Positions 1 through 11,065 of a stretch of 45,140 nucleotides of DNA are shown piece by piece; positions within the stretch are counted from its first letter, which is position 1; every line of letters begins with the position of its first letter. The stretch lies in NCBI RefSeq assembly GCF_000372725.1, contig NW_005201298.1, forward strand, positions 74,093-119,232, written 5' to 3'. Origin of the DNA: Emiliania huxleyi CCMP1516 (Eukaryota). The translations under genes and the position numbers were made by a program. The notes under the pieces were generated by a model. It had not been told where the DNA came from and made no database searches. It saw nothing but the letters and a program-made list of their open reading frames with translations.

Positions 1-99
1 ACTCTCCCACCTCTCTATCGCCGAGCAGAGGCCCAGGCGCCGCAACGGAGCAGCTGAGCCGTTGTTCACTCCTCCGCCTCCCTCTCCGCCGCGCTGCAG

Positions 100-2728
100 G
101 GCCTCAACGCGCAGCTCTACTACCGCAACAAGGACCCGCGCGAGTGCGCCACCCTCGTCCGGACGTCGGGAAGCCAACCCGCTCCTCATTGCTCCTCATT
201 GGCTCCTGACTCATCACCGGCTTTAGGTACATCTCCCTCGTCCCGACGTCAGCACACACGGGCGAAGGGGTGGCCGACATCCTGATGAACCTCGTGGGCA
301 TGACGCAAAAGATGTTTGTGGACCGCATCATGTGGACGCCGATGGCGAAGTGCCGCGCCGACCTCCGCGACACGTCCGGGACACGTCCAGGACACGTCCC
401 GACAGGTGGACGCCGATGGTGCAGTGCACCGTACTCGAGGTCAAGGTGATCGAGGGGCTCGGCGCGACCGCCGACGTGACCCTCGCAAACGGGGCGCGGG
501 GCGGACACGCCCACGACACGTCCACGACATGTCCGAGACATGTCCTTAGGTGTGCCGCGGCTGCAGGCGGACACGTCCACGACACGTCCACGACACGTCC
601 GAGGCGTGTGCCCCCGTAGGTGATCCTCGCCAACGGCACTCTCAAGCGCGGGGACCGGATCGTCATGTGCGGCTTTGGCGGGCCGGTCGTCACGCGCGTG
701 CGCGACCTGCTCACGCCTCGCCCGCTGCGCGAGCTGCGCGTCAAGGCCGACTACCTCCACCACCAGGAGCCCGACCGCCCCTCCCGGCTGCTCCCCTCGG
801 CTCACCTCGGCTCCACCTTGGCTCCTCTCGGCCTCCCCTCGGCTCCACTTCGGCTCACCTCGGCTCACCTCGGCTCACCTCGGCTCACCTCGGCTCACCT
901 CGGCTCACCTCGGCTCACCTCGGCTCACCTCGGCTCACCTCGGCTCACCTCGGCTCACCTCGGCTCACCTCGGCTCACCTCGGCCACCAGGAGATCGACG
1001 GCGCCGCCGGCATCAAGATCTGCGCCAACCACCTCGAGAACGTCGTGGCGGGCTCCGCCTGCCTCGTCCCGTTCAAGGACGTGCCGTACGACCTCGAGGC
1101 GCTCAAGCAGGACGCGACGGGCTCGTCTTCTTTTCTTTCTTCCAGCCGTGTTTTCTTTTCTGTAGGTGCTCAAGGAGGACGCGATGGGCGAGCTTGTAGA
1201 CAAAGCCGGCCGAGGCACTGCGGCGGCACGGAGGTGCAGATCGGTACCAAGTCATTCCTAGGCGACCTCAACGAGCTGCGGCCAAGGCGGCGACACGTCC
1301 ACGGCACGTCCACGACATGTCCGAGACGTGTCGGATAGGCGACCTCAACAAGCTGGCTAAGGCGGCGTCCGAAGTGAACGGCGGGCTCGGCGTCTACGCG
1401 ATGGCGTCGACCCTCGGCTCGCTCGAGGCGCGGCTCGGGCTCCGTACCGCACCTCCAGAGTACCGAACCCAGTGTGGGTTCAGTCCCGTGGGCGGTGCGG
1501 TAGGCGCTCCTCGAGTTCCTCAAGACGTCAAAGGTCCCCCGCCCCNNNNNNNNNNNNNNNNNNNNNNNNNNNNNNNNNNNNNNNNNNNNNNNNNNNNNNN
1601 NNNNNNNNNNNNNNNNNNNNNNNNNNNNNNNNNNNNNNNNNNNNNTATCCCCGTCGCGGCCACATCTCCCCACATCTCCCCACATCTCCCCACATCTCCC
1701 CACATCTCCCCATCCCCCCCACACCTCTCCCCCGCACAGATCCCCGTCTCTACCACATCTCCCCACATCTCCCCACATCTCCCCATCCCCCCACACCTCT
1801 CCCCCGCACAGATCCCCGTCTCCGCGGTCAACATCGGGCCCATCCACAAGAAGGACGTCATCAAGGCGTCCATCATGCACGAGTTCAAGCCCGAGTACGC
1901 CACCATCCTCGCCTTCGACGTGCCGCTCACAAAGGAGGGCGAGCTGCAGGCCAAGGAGTCGCAGGTCAAGGTCTTCACCGCCGAGATCATCTACCACCTG
2001 TTCGACCAGTTCACAAAGTACATGGCGGACGTGCGGCTCGAGCAGCAGGCAAAGGCGGCGACCACCGCCGTCTACCCCGCCATCTGCAAGGTCTCGTCGC
2101 CCGACCTAGCACACTTCCTCGACACTTCCTCGACACTTCCTCGACACTTCCTCGACACTTCCTAGGTCTCGTCGCCCGACCACGTCTGGTGCCGCGGCGG
2201 GGGAGGGGACCCGATCTTGCTGGGGCTGGCGGTGCAGGAGGGGACCCTCAAGAAGGGCACGCCGCTCTGCGTCGAGCGGCGCGGGCAAAAGGACCCCGAG
2301 ACGGGGCTGCAGGCCTGCAAGACACCGGGCCACCAGAGAACACGAACGGCCCCCTACGCCTGCGCCAGCGCACTCCTCTTTTTTGGGCGGGTAGGCCTAC
2401 CTCGACATCGGGCGCGTCGTCTCGATGGAGCCCGAGAAGGGGAAGCAGGTGGACGTCCTCAAGGCGGGCAAGTCTGCCGCGGTCAAGATCGACGCCGTCA
2501 CGTCGATCCAGTACGGCCGGCAGTTCGACCACACCTACCCGCTGTACGCGCGCGTGACGCGCCGCTCCATCGACGCGATCAAGGAGCTCTTCAAGGAGGG
2601 CGGAAGAGCTGGTGTGAACGGCGTCTCTTCACACTCACTGCTGTGAACAGGAGTTCTTCAAGGAGGACCTCTCCAAGGACGACTGGGCGCTGCTTCTCAA
2701 GCTCAAGAAGCAGTACGGCGTCATCTGA
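100..2728 (+). CDS. eIF5B: Eukaryotic translation initiation factor 5B (IF2 homologue), 3' part; 5' end lies outside the window
   Basis: Manual exons 100-143, 227-331, 406-475, 620-766, 991-1098, 1166-1187, 1339-1427, 1504-1533, 1812-2090, 2166-2312, 2395-2583, 2651-2728 join in one frame. They give eIF5B hallmarks [86 protein letters not shown] and RRSIDAIK. Stop TGA at 2726-2728. Confidence 0.95.
797..984 (+). repeat. Intronic 10-bp tandem repeat (CTCGGCTCAC)n
   Basis: Visible array inside eIF5B intron 767-990; the same unit occurs on the - strand at ~11898-11935 in another intron. Confidence 0.95.
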
Positions 2729-3252
2729 GCGGCGCGGCTCGTGCCTTGTGGCACAGTGCAGAGAGCCACCGGAGTCCAGCCGGACACCGGAGCTGCGTCT
2801 CTGGAGCCGAGCGATCAGCGAACGCGTTGATCTTTTAAACAGGGTGGTGGACAGTGCTACGGCTTTAATTTTTTTCAATTTTCATTCAGCCTATGGCCGA
2901 CTGCACGCTAAAGGCTACACGCTCGCACACCACTTGCTGAGTGGCTCTCCCAGGCGCTCAGCCCACGGCGGAGGCACGCCAGGCCCCGGGGAGTCGGCCG
3001 TCACTCGCCTGAGCGCCTAAGCGGCCTAAGCGGGGGTGCTTAGGGTGCTTAGGCGCTTAGGTGGCCCTTGCGAGCGTGGCGGCGTGGTGATATCGTAACA
3101 CAAGTGACTCCGACACTCATGATGCTCCTGCTAGTGTCATCGCTCGAAGAGCAGCCTCACCACGTCCACTGTCTACCACTGGCCCTGCCCCTGGTCGGCG
3201 CAAACTGCCGCAGCATCAGCCTCGTCACACGCCTCCGCCAGCGCCGTGATCC

Positions 3253-3920
3253 TTATTCAGTCCCTGTACTCTTGTATCGCTGCCGCGACCGTGTCCGCAC
3301 CTGCATGGTCCAGCAAGTCGCCGTGAAAAACCAAGCGACAGAATGGAAGCCACTATCGTCGGGACCTGACGAGAGGCTTGATACGATCCGACCCTGCGAC
3401 CCTGACGCTGCTGCTCTAGCTATCAGACATGCACTGCTGACTGCTGCCACAATGTGCGACCTGTGCTTGCCCACTAGGCGGCCTTCCCGGTCAGTGGTGA
3501 GGCGCAGTTCAGAGCTGTCGATGGCGCGATGCCGCACTGGTCCCACATTGGTGACACGAGACCGCCAAGTTTGCCGGTCCAAGAGAGAGGCACCGGCGCT
3601 GTCCTGAGAAGGTGCGTGGTCCCTCTTGACTGCCCATGCGCGCGAGGCTGTGTAGGCATAGCCTCGAGAGTGCCAGCAGCCAATCCGAGGCAGTTTGTGA
3701 CGCGCATTGCGTCAGAAGCGTGCACGCAGCTGGAAGCGTGGAAGGACACCTTCCTACTGGCCGTACCGTGTTGAACGGCGATCATCAGCAGCGTGTCACC
3801 AGCTCTGTTGGCCGCGTTTACGTCGGCCGCGTCGCTGCTGAGCCACGCCCGCAGCACTCCCACGTTGCCGTTCGCCGCCGCCCTCACGACGTTCGGCGGC
3901 GCCTTCACGATGCGCGGCAT
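3253..3920 (-). CDS. Small ankyrin-repeat protein or fragment; exon structure uncertain
   Basis: The ATG at 3920 gives VVRAAANGNVGVLRAWLSSDAADVNAANRAGDTLLMIAVQHG, an ankyrin consensus, followed by a GT donor. The downstream exon is not securely identified. Confidence 0.45.
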
Positions 3921-4111
3921 TGCCGAGAGGGGGGGGGGGGGGGGGGCGCCCCGTGTTTCCGTTCCTCTTTGCGGGCTCTGTTTGCTGCCTCTGCTTGAAA
4001 TGACGTCCGCAAAAAAAGAAATCTTGACACCGAGTCCACCGTGGAGGCACAAAAGGCACAGTCCGAACACATCTGCCGGGGCCCGGCCAGCCACAGTCAG
4101 CAGTCTCCCCA

Positions 4112-4696
4112 ATGGCGGAGCAATTGTGGCACACCGTTTTCGAGGACAGCAAGATTGGGCAGCAGCCGCAGCGCGTGATCGGCGAGCTGCTCGCGGCGGC
4201 GTTCCAGGAGGTGCTGCCATCGATTGAGTCGGTGCCACCGATAAGGTTCAACACGACGGCTTGCGACGCCGCGGGCGGGAAGCTGCAGACCCAACAGTGG
4301 CGCTTGCTGGAGTTGTCACTCGAGAATCTGCAGCACGCAACCATCTTTGGAGGAGACGGCAGCGGCCAGTTTGGAGTGTGCCGGCCGCGCGCGCCCAGAC
4401 AAGGAATCAGAGCACAGCTGGCGTTCTTGGAGGCGCATCCCGAACGTAAGGTTTGTGTGATGCTGCCAATCACGGTGCCACTGCTTCGCAAGGTGGCAAC
4501 CATACTCGTCTTTGACTACCTGCTGTGGAACTACAATCGATTCCGCAACTACAAGGCTAAGCGGCCACCCATCTTGCATTACACCCGGAACACCTTTGTG
4601 CGGCGGAGCAGCACCGGCGCTCCTCTCTCTCTCGCCACCTTCTCGCCGGCCAGCATCGCCTCGCCTAGCGCGCCGTTCGCCTTCATTGGTGCGTAG
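4112..4696 (+). CDS. Hypothetical protein (194 aa)
   Basis: ATG-initiated ORF with protein-like composition; no recognised domain. Confidence 0.3.
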   Translation: MAEQLWHTVFEDSKIGQQPQRVIGELLAAAFQEVLPSIESVPPIRFNTTACDAAGGKLQTQQWRLLELSLENLQHATIFGGDGSGQFGVCRPRAPRQGIRAQLAFLEAHPERKVCVMLPITVPLLRKVATILVFDYLLWNYNRFRNYKAKRPPILHYTRNTFVRRSSTGAPLSLATFSPASIASPSAPFAFIGA

Positions 4697-5547
4697 ACTC
4701 TATATAATCTCGGGTTATCTCGCGTCATCTCGGGTCTCGGGTACTCTCACCCGGCACGGCCCCCGTCCCTCTCGTAGACAACGAGTTTGGGACGCACGCG
4801 AAACTTGGCGCGGTCCGAATCCTGAACGCGTCTCGCTCGGACCACCGGCACGACGTTTGCAAGGCATTTCCGAGCTACGTAGACTACGCGAGTTTCAGGA
4901 CCTACGTGAAAAGGAGCGCGGGCTATGCAATCACGGCCGACGCTGCGATTGGCTGCCCGCTTGCACCCGCCCTCGTCGCTGACTTGAATCGTTACGGCAG
5001 TGGCGCAGCCTTTGCAGACGCGGTGCTGAGCGCGAAGCGTCTCGCGCGCTCCGCCTGCGTGCAACGCCTGTGGAGGCGCACGTTCAGCTCACCGGGCTGC
5101 CCCAATCTGCGCGGCTACCTTGCAGCCCGCTACGATACGCTCGTGGTGGGCTTGCGGGCATGGGGCTGTGCGGCTGTGGTGCTCTAGATATGTGATAGAA
5201 TATGTATGTATCTAAGGAGAGGATTCACAACTTTGGAGGGGGGAGCCGCTTTGAAAAGGCTTTGTCCGTGGAGACGGCATCAGAAAAGTCGCTTGGAATT
5301 TCCGCCACTTTAGAAAAGAGGCGTGGCAACGGAGAACGGTTTACGGGGCGACTTTAAAGTTGGGCGACTAAATTTAGGTAGGCGCGACAGCGATGGTCGT
5401 CTACCGTGCCAAGCGCAAGGGTGGGCCGGGCTCGACCGGACGTCCTATCGATTTGGATTGCGCTCCGATGGCCGACAAGTTCAAAAAAGAATTTAAACAA
5501 AAGAACTCTCTCTCACAGCAGACAGGCTCGACACAGGTGCGAACTAC

Positions 5548-5599
5548 AAAAAAGAAAGAAAGAAAACGGACAACCCAAGGGAGGGATGGGAGGACGGCA
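5548..5599. repeat. Dispersed ~50 bp repeat (AAAAAGAAAGAAAGAAAACGGACAACCCAAGGGAGGGATGGGA), copy 1
   Basis: Near-identical copy at ~5951-6000, an inverted copy at ~44818-44858 and a diverged copy near 24630-24690. Confidence 0.85.
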
Positions 5600-5642
5600 C
5601 GCCGCCACCACACAGGGATTTTAAGGAGAGGGGTGTGGTGCA

Positions 5643-6678
5643 CTAGCCGTCGCCCACCCTTGGGCGTCCGCCTCTTCCTATCTCTCTTCGCAGTCTCTCT
5701 CCGATTCTCGCTGCGACCGTCGTGCCACCTCGCGGTCGCCCCCTTCTCGTCGTGCTCTCCCTTGTCGCTTCTTCCTCTGTCGCGTCGCTCTCCTCTGTCT
5801 CGTTCTGCGACGCCGCCGCCGCCTGCCGGTCCCTTGTTCTCGCGGCTTCTTTCGCCTTTCGGCGCAGCTCCGCCCTCCTCGCTGCATATCCTGGCCCCTC
5901 GAGTCTATCGAGCTCTCCTCGCGCAAGGACGAGTCTTCTGACGAGTCCAGAAAAAGAAAGAAAGAAAACGGACAACCCAAGGGAGGGATGGGAGGACGGC
6001 GTCTATTATTTCCTGCAGCTCTCCCCGCTCCGTTTCGTGGACATCGAGTGCCTTCCTCCCAACCTTGATGAGCAGTCGAAGCCAGTCTTCGACTCGCTGC
6101 CCGGCCTCGATAACATCGGTGGCGCAGTCTTTGGCATGCTGCACCATTCCTAAGATCTTGTTGGCGATCTTAAACACTTTTCCGACCACCGGAAAGTCCT
6201 CGAGGACATCAAGCGCTTCCTCAATGGTGTCTAATGTTCCTGTCGCGGCGGTGATCACGTGGCCGGCCGTGGTGTCAGCACGCTCGGCGCGTTGCAGTCT
6301 GTTTGTGTAAAATTCCAGGAATTTTTCCAGCTTGTCGAGCTGCTCAACCATGCGCTGCTTCGCCGAGATGGCTGGCGCTGCTTCGAACAACTCAGGAGCA
6401 GGCGATGCCGTAGCCTTGGCCCTCGCCTCCGCCTCCGCTTTCGCCGCAGCGGCCGCCTCCTTCTCCAGCCGCGCCGACTCGCGCTTCTCCGCAGCCTGCT
6501 TTGCCTTCACCTCCTCCGCCGTCCTCTTCGCCGCCTCAGCCTCCGTGCGTGCCTTCTCCTTCGCTTCCCTCCCCCCGGCCGGGAGGTCGGCGTCACGCCA
6601 GAGCGTTATGGGCCTAGACCGAGCGTTACGTGGTGACTGGCGTGGGTGCGCGCGACGACCTGGCGTCCGCGCTTCCAT
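5643..6678 (-). CDS. Coiled-coil protein with an MLKL-N-terminal-like helical bundle segment; possibly interrupted or pseudogenised
   Basis: ORF 5905-6678 contains TLDTIEEALDVLEDFPVVGKVFKIANKILGMVQHAKDCATDVIEAGQRVEDWLRLL, which resembles four-helix-bundle N-termini of MLKL/NLR-like proteins. The frame appears to continue in ORF 5643-5975 after the 50 bp repeat, with no clean AG in phase. Confidence 0.4.
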
Positions 6679-7003
6679 GTCGTTCTGCGCGAGAGGTCAA
6701 CCCTCGCCAGAGGTCCTCTTGTGCCAAAAGTTTGCTTTCCAAAAGCTTCATGCATGCATGCAACTTTATGTTTGCTGCTGGTGGTTCGGTTGGTGCTGTA
6801 GGTTTGTGGTCCGGGCTGTGGTGCTACTGCTGTCGTGTGCGCACGGTCTCCCTGCTGCGCCATGCGCCTGCCGGGTCCGTTATACGGCGTTTTCAGTCGC
6901 GAGTCGGGCCTTCGGCGGTTCGGGTCGTTTTGATTTAGTTTTATGTACTTTCCCGCGTTCTTGCGCTACTGAAAGCGTAATCCGTAAAATCTAAAACAAG
7001 ACT

Positions 7004-7399
7004 TTGTCCCCAGACCCCACAACCACCCCGAAACAAACCGAAGCACTGCCACTGGCGCAAGGAAACATGGCCGCCACTGTTGTCCCCCACACCCCCCCGT
7101 CTCGCACACGCCCAGGGTACGGTACACACACGCCACGACAGTTGGGCTAATCGTGCGGCAACTTCAGGACATCAGGAGTACCCGGACCCTCTCACAGACC
7201 CACTAGATCCCCTCGTCGTCGTGTCCCAGTGTTGTTGCATGTCGAGCTGGCGCCGTCGCCCGGTCACACACACACTCGAGTCCAGGCACACTAGAGGACT
7301 GCCTGAGCTCACAGGGGCATGTACTACTCACTATATTCACACCTACTATGCTGTTTTCACACCGATCATAATACGCGATCGCGCAGATCACCCCCTCAA
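7004..7399 (-). mobile_element. Possible polypurine tract and 3' LTR of the copia remnant
   Basis: On the - strand, TTGAGGGGG (7399-7391) is followed directly by TG, about 100 bp after the RNase H stop. The far LTR end is not determined and no partner LTR is seen. Confidence 0.4.
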
Positions 7400-7499
7400 C
7401 GCCTGCACGGAAGATGGCTGACGTGGTGGGGTTGCACAACGACAGCTAGCCCCTTGGTAGGGCTTGTCATGAGCGGTCGCGTTGCTGACTTGGCCACTT

Positions 7500-7735
7500 T
7501 TAGGCGATCATGAAGCTGGCCAACGGGTGGAAAATGCTTGCTGCCAGTGGCTTCGTCATGAGGTCAGCCAGCTGGCCCTGCGTCCGAATATGGTACAGGT
7601 ACACTCGCTTTGCCTCCTTGACTTGCTCGCGGAGGAAAGCAATTTTCGTTGCGACGTGCTTCATCCGTTTGGACGAGGTATTGCCGTCCGAAAGAAGGAC
7701 CGCCGCTTTATTGTCGCAGTAGACTGGTGGGCGCG
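7500..7735 (-). mobile_element. Ty1/copia retrotransposon remnant: RNase H C-terminus
   Basis: VYCDNKAAV...SKRMKHVATKIAFLREQV...HIRTQGQLADLMTKPL matches the copia RNase H motif set (CDN, KHI, ADxxTKPL). No RT or integrase is seen upstream. Confidence 0.9.
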
Positions 7736-8116
7736 GCAGTTGGCGCGCCACCCGGTGGAGCGCCACGTGCGCCACCGCTTCTGATGACCGTCGTCCATCC
7801 GCCATAGCATTGGAGTCGGTCGGGAGACGGTGCTCCTTCGCCGGCATCGATTGTAGACATCTCGGCGAATAGGAAGACGTAGGTGCTGTGCGAATATTCG
7901 CGCGTTGACGCGGGCGCTGGACTGCGGCCGCGACGCTGGTTGCGGCGAGCGCCTAGACGGTGCTCGTCGCAAACAACGAAAGATGAAACAACGAAGTAAG
8001 AAATACCTTTGGGTAACGGCAAACACAACCATAATCCACGGCCTCGGCGCCTCCGGCGCTGATCGCTACTGGCTCCCCTCTCGCTCGCCGTGCTTCACTG
8101 GCATAGGCCAGCCACC

Positions 8117-8875
8117 ATGCCGCCGCCGTTTTGGGGCGCGATCGATGCGGCGCACACCTTCTGCGAGCCGAAGTATGCAACTTCCACCGTCGTCGCCGAA
8201 TTCTTCAATGCGCTCTCGTCGTTCGTCTACATGGCAGCTGGGGCGGCCATGCTCTGCCGTGGCTGCCACTGGAAGGTCGGTGCGGGCTACGCAATGCTCA
8301 TCGTGGTTGGCGTGGGCTCGGTGCTCTTCCACGCCACCATGCGCTTCACAATGGAGCTCTGTGACGAGGTCCCGATGCTGCTGCTAATCATCGCCTTTCT
8401 CCTCGGCAAGGAGGATTGCCTCGATTGCCTCTCGGGCCCAGCCGGGCGGCGGCGATTCCGCGTGGGCTCGGCGGTGGCCGTCGCGCTCTCCACCGCCGCG
8501 TACATCCACTTCAAAGTGTACCAGATCTTTGTCATCTCATTCACGCTGATGGTGCTCTTCCTGATCGCGACGCACTTCTTCCCGTCGGCGCGCCGCCGCT
8601 GGACGCCCGCCCTCCAGACCTGCTTCGCGCGCGCCGTCGGCGGCATCGGCGCCGGCAAGCTCGTGTGGGAGGCGGAGCAGCGCCTCTGCGCCGCGCACCC
8701 CGGCGTGTGGCCGCTGCACATCGCGTGGCACGTCCTATCGTGCATCGGAGGCGTCTACGCAACCAAATACAATGAGGAGCTGCGCGCGATCGTCGCCATC
8801 GAGGGGACGAAGGAGGCTGGCCGTGAGCCGCGGCGATCGCCACGACTGGTGGGGGCGCACACGAAGCGGCACTGA
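8117..8875 (+). CDS. ACER: Alkaline ceramidase (CREST superfamily), intronless
   Basis: FWGAIDAAHTFCEPKY...AEFFNALSS, GSVLFHATM, DEVPM and HIAWH motifs, plus several hydrophobic helices; ATG at 8117 in GCCACCATG context. Confidence 0.92.
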   Translation: MPPPFWGAIDAAHTFCEPKYATSTVVAEFFNALSSFVYMAAGAAMLCRGCHWKVGAGYAMLIVVGVGSVLFHATMRFTMELCDEVPMLLLIIAFLLGKEDCLDCLSGPAGRRRFRVGSAVAVALSTAAYIHFKVYQIFVISFTLMVLFLIATHFFPSARRRWTPALQTCFARAVGGIGAGKLVWEAEQRLCAAHPGVWPLHIAWHVLSCIGGVYATKYNEELRAIVAIEGTKEAGREPRRSPRLVGAHTKRH

Positions 8876-9900
8876 AATAGATTGGTGGCCGACCCGGGCC
8901 GCGGCGGTGCGACGTGTCCACGCATGCGATGTCCACGTGTCGCATGCGATGTCCACGGGCGCGGCGATGCGACGTGTCCACACGCCGTCTACGACGGCCC
9001 CACAACGGCGTCCTCGCCGCCTGGGCATGAATGAAATGAAATGAATGAATGAATGAATGAATGCTGTGGACGCCGCAGACTGGCTCCGACTTGACGGGCG
9101 CATGGAGACGTGATGCTTCCATGCGCCCGTCGAGTCAAAATCGACATGCGAGGCGATCTTTGGCCCGCCAGAGGGATAGGCGGCGTTTTGGGCGACAAAC
9201 AGCGCTGCGACCGTGAAGTGGCGGTGGACATGCTCCCATGTCGTTGCCGACGCGGCGCCGGAGTGGCCGGCGACTGGCCGGCGCTGCTCGCCGCGACCGC
9301 CACGACGGCTCGTACTCTGATACTCCGGGCCGACCCACGGTGCGGAAATGAGAGGGGCAAAATTTCAGCCTCACTATGGCGGCCTTTTGACAGTCGTCCC
9401 GGCTCCGGCCAAGCCCCAATCGGGTCCTTTCATACCAGATCTGGGCCGAGTGAAGCGCCTGCGGAGTGAGTAGGCACACGCCACGGGTGAGCACCGGATC
9501 GTTCTCTCGGCCACTCACTTCCGCAGGTCGCCGCCTGCTGGCGCAGCGCCCGGATGGGCCATATCAAGCGGCGGGCGCAGGATACGCGGCACTGTGTATT
9601 GGGAGCGGGTTGTTTCGCCCCAAGTGCGCGGGCCGGCAAAGGCGCTCTGCGACGCCACAGCCAACTCGCGCTGCCGACCTCAGACAGCTTGGCTCGGCAG
9701 GGCGGTGACAGCGACCCGCACGCGAGCTGCACCCCACCGCCCGCCTCCTATAGCCGTAACATGCCTCGGCTTGTCTGGTGAACTCTCGAGCGAGAACACA
9801 CACAACACGTGTGTGTGGGCGTTGGGGGCACACACACGCGCTAGACTGTGCGGGTACGGACGGATTCTACTAAAGCGGCACTAGCTGGTCGCACCAGCCG

Positions 9901-10470
9901 CTAGCGCGCAGGCGGTGCCCGACAGGCTCCGCCGCCCACGGCTGCTTGAGCGTCTTCTTCGCGTGCACAACCAGCTCGTGCGCCTCTGCCGAGGAGTGGA
10001 GAAGTACTGCAGCAGCGCGAGAGCATACTCGCGCAGGGCGGCCTCCTCGACCAGGACAGCAACCCCAAACATCGGGCCGGTCCTCTCGAGCAGCTTGAAG
10101 CCGATCCGGTCGCGCATATGGTCACGACGTAGAAAAAGGATGGCGGGAGATGGCGTTGCGCATGAAAGGCCCGAACAAACCGCTCGGGGATGTTGTCGAG
10201 GGGATCCCACGTCCAACCATCGACATCGTCGCCTTCCCAGGCGATCAGAAGCTCGATCCCCCCAGCTCTCTGCCGCCACGAGATGACCTTCTCGACGTTG
10301 TAGCTCTCTGGCAGCACGGCCGTTTTCGGCCCCGCCCGGACCTGCGGCGGTTTTGGTTGGATTCCGTGAGATACCGATTTTTCTGTCACTGAATAATTGG
10401 CATAGTGCTTGCCATGAGGGTGTTGAGGGTTGGGGGGGCGGTGGTATGCGCCACATAAATCGGGAAGTAC
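9901..10470 (-). CDS. Chromodomain-containing ORF or fragment; start uncertain
   Basis: YNVEKVISWRQRAGGIELLIAWEGDDVDGWTWDPLDNIPERFVRAF (~10160-10305) fits the chromodomain consensus Y.VE.I...R.....L..W.G.....TW.P..N. Confidence 0.6.
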   Translation of the reverse strand, partial: VLPDLCGAYHRPPNPQHPHGKHYANYSVTEKSVSHGIQPKPPQVRAGPKTAVLPESYNVEKVISWRQRAGGIELLIAWEGDDVDGWTWDPLDNIPERFVRAFHAQRHLPPSFFYVVTICATGSASSCSRGPARCLGLLSWSRRPPCASMLSRCCSTSPLLGRGARAGCAREEDAQAAVGGGACRAPPAR

Positions 10471-11065
10471 CATCCTGTGCGCCGCAAAGGCCGATCGCGC
10501 CCGACGGTGGGGCGGCTCACCGCACACACACAGTTGCGAGGCCGAGCCCGCCGGGCGCGTAGAGCCGAGTGGCCGGGGGGGAGGCGGACCAGGGAAACCG
10601 CGCGCGGCAGTGCGAGGTGACACGATGTGGCGCGGGCACGGCGGGGGAGACGCAGACGGCGCTGTGCTAGGGGGGCGCGGAGCGCACATGGCACATTGTA
10701 GCGCAGAAAAGGGACTCGAAAAGGGCCTGATGAGTGTGGGAAAAGTGGAACAAGCTCCAGTCGCACCGTGCCCGTCTCCTACCCGACGGTGGCACTCTTC
10801 CACGTCTCGCTCACGCTGAGAAAAATTCTGAAACTAGAACACCCAACATACGCACGGTTCCGCCAAAAGAGTGGCAAGTGCCGCGCGCGCCCTCTCTCCG
10901 TTCGCGCTCTCTCGAGCGCACACATGGACATGCAAGATGCATGCCTGCCCCACCACACCATTATACAGTACACGGGGCTCGCGTTGAGATACACACATTT
11001 GCGGCGCGGCGGCGCTTTGCCCGCTTCGCGGCGCGCGCTCCTGCCCCCTCCGCCCGCCCGCCGCC

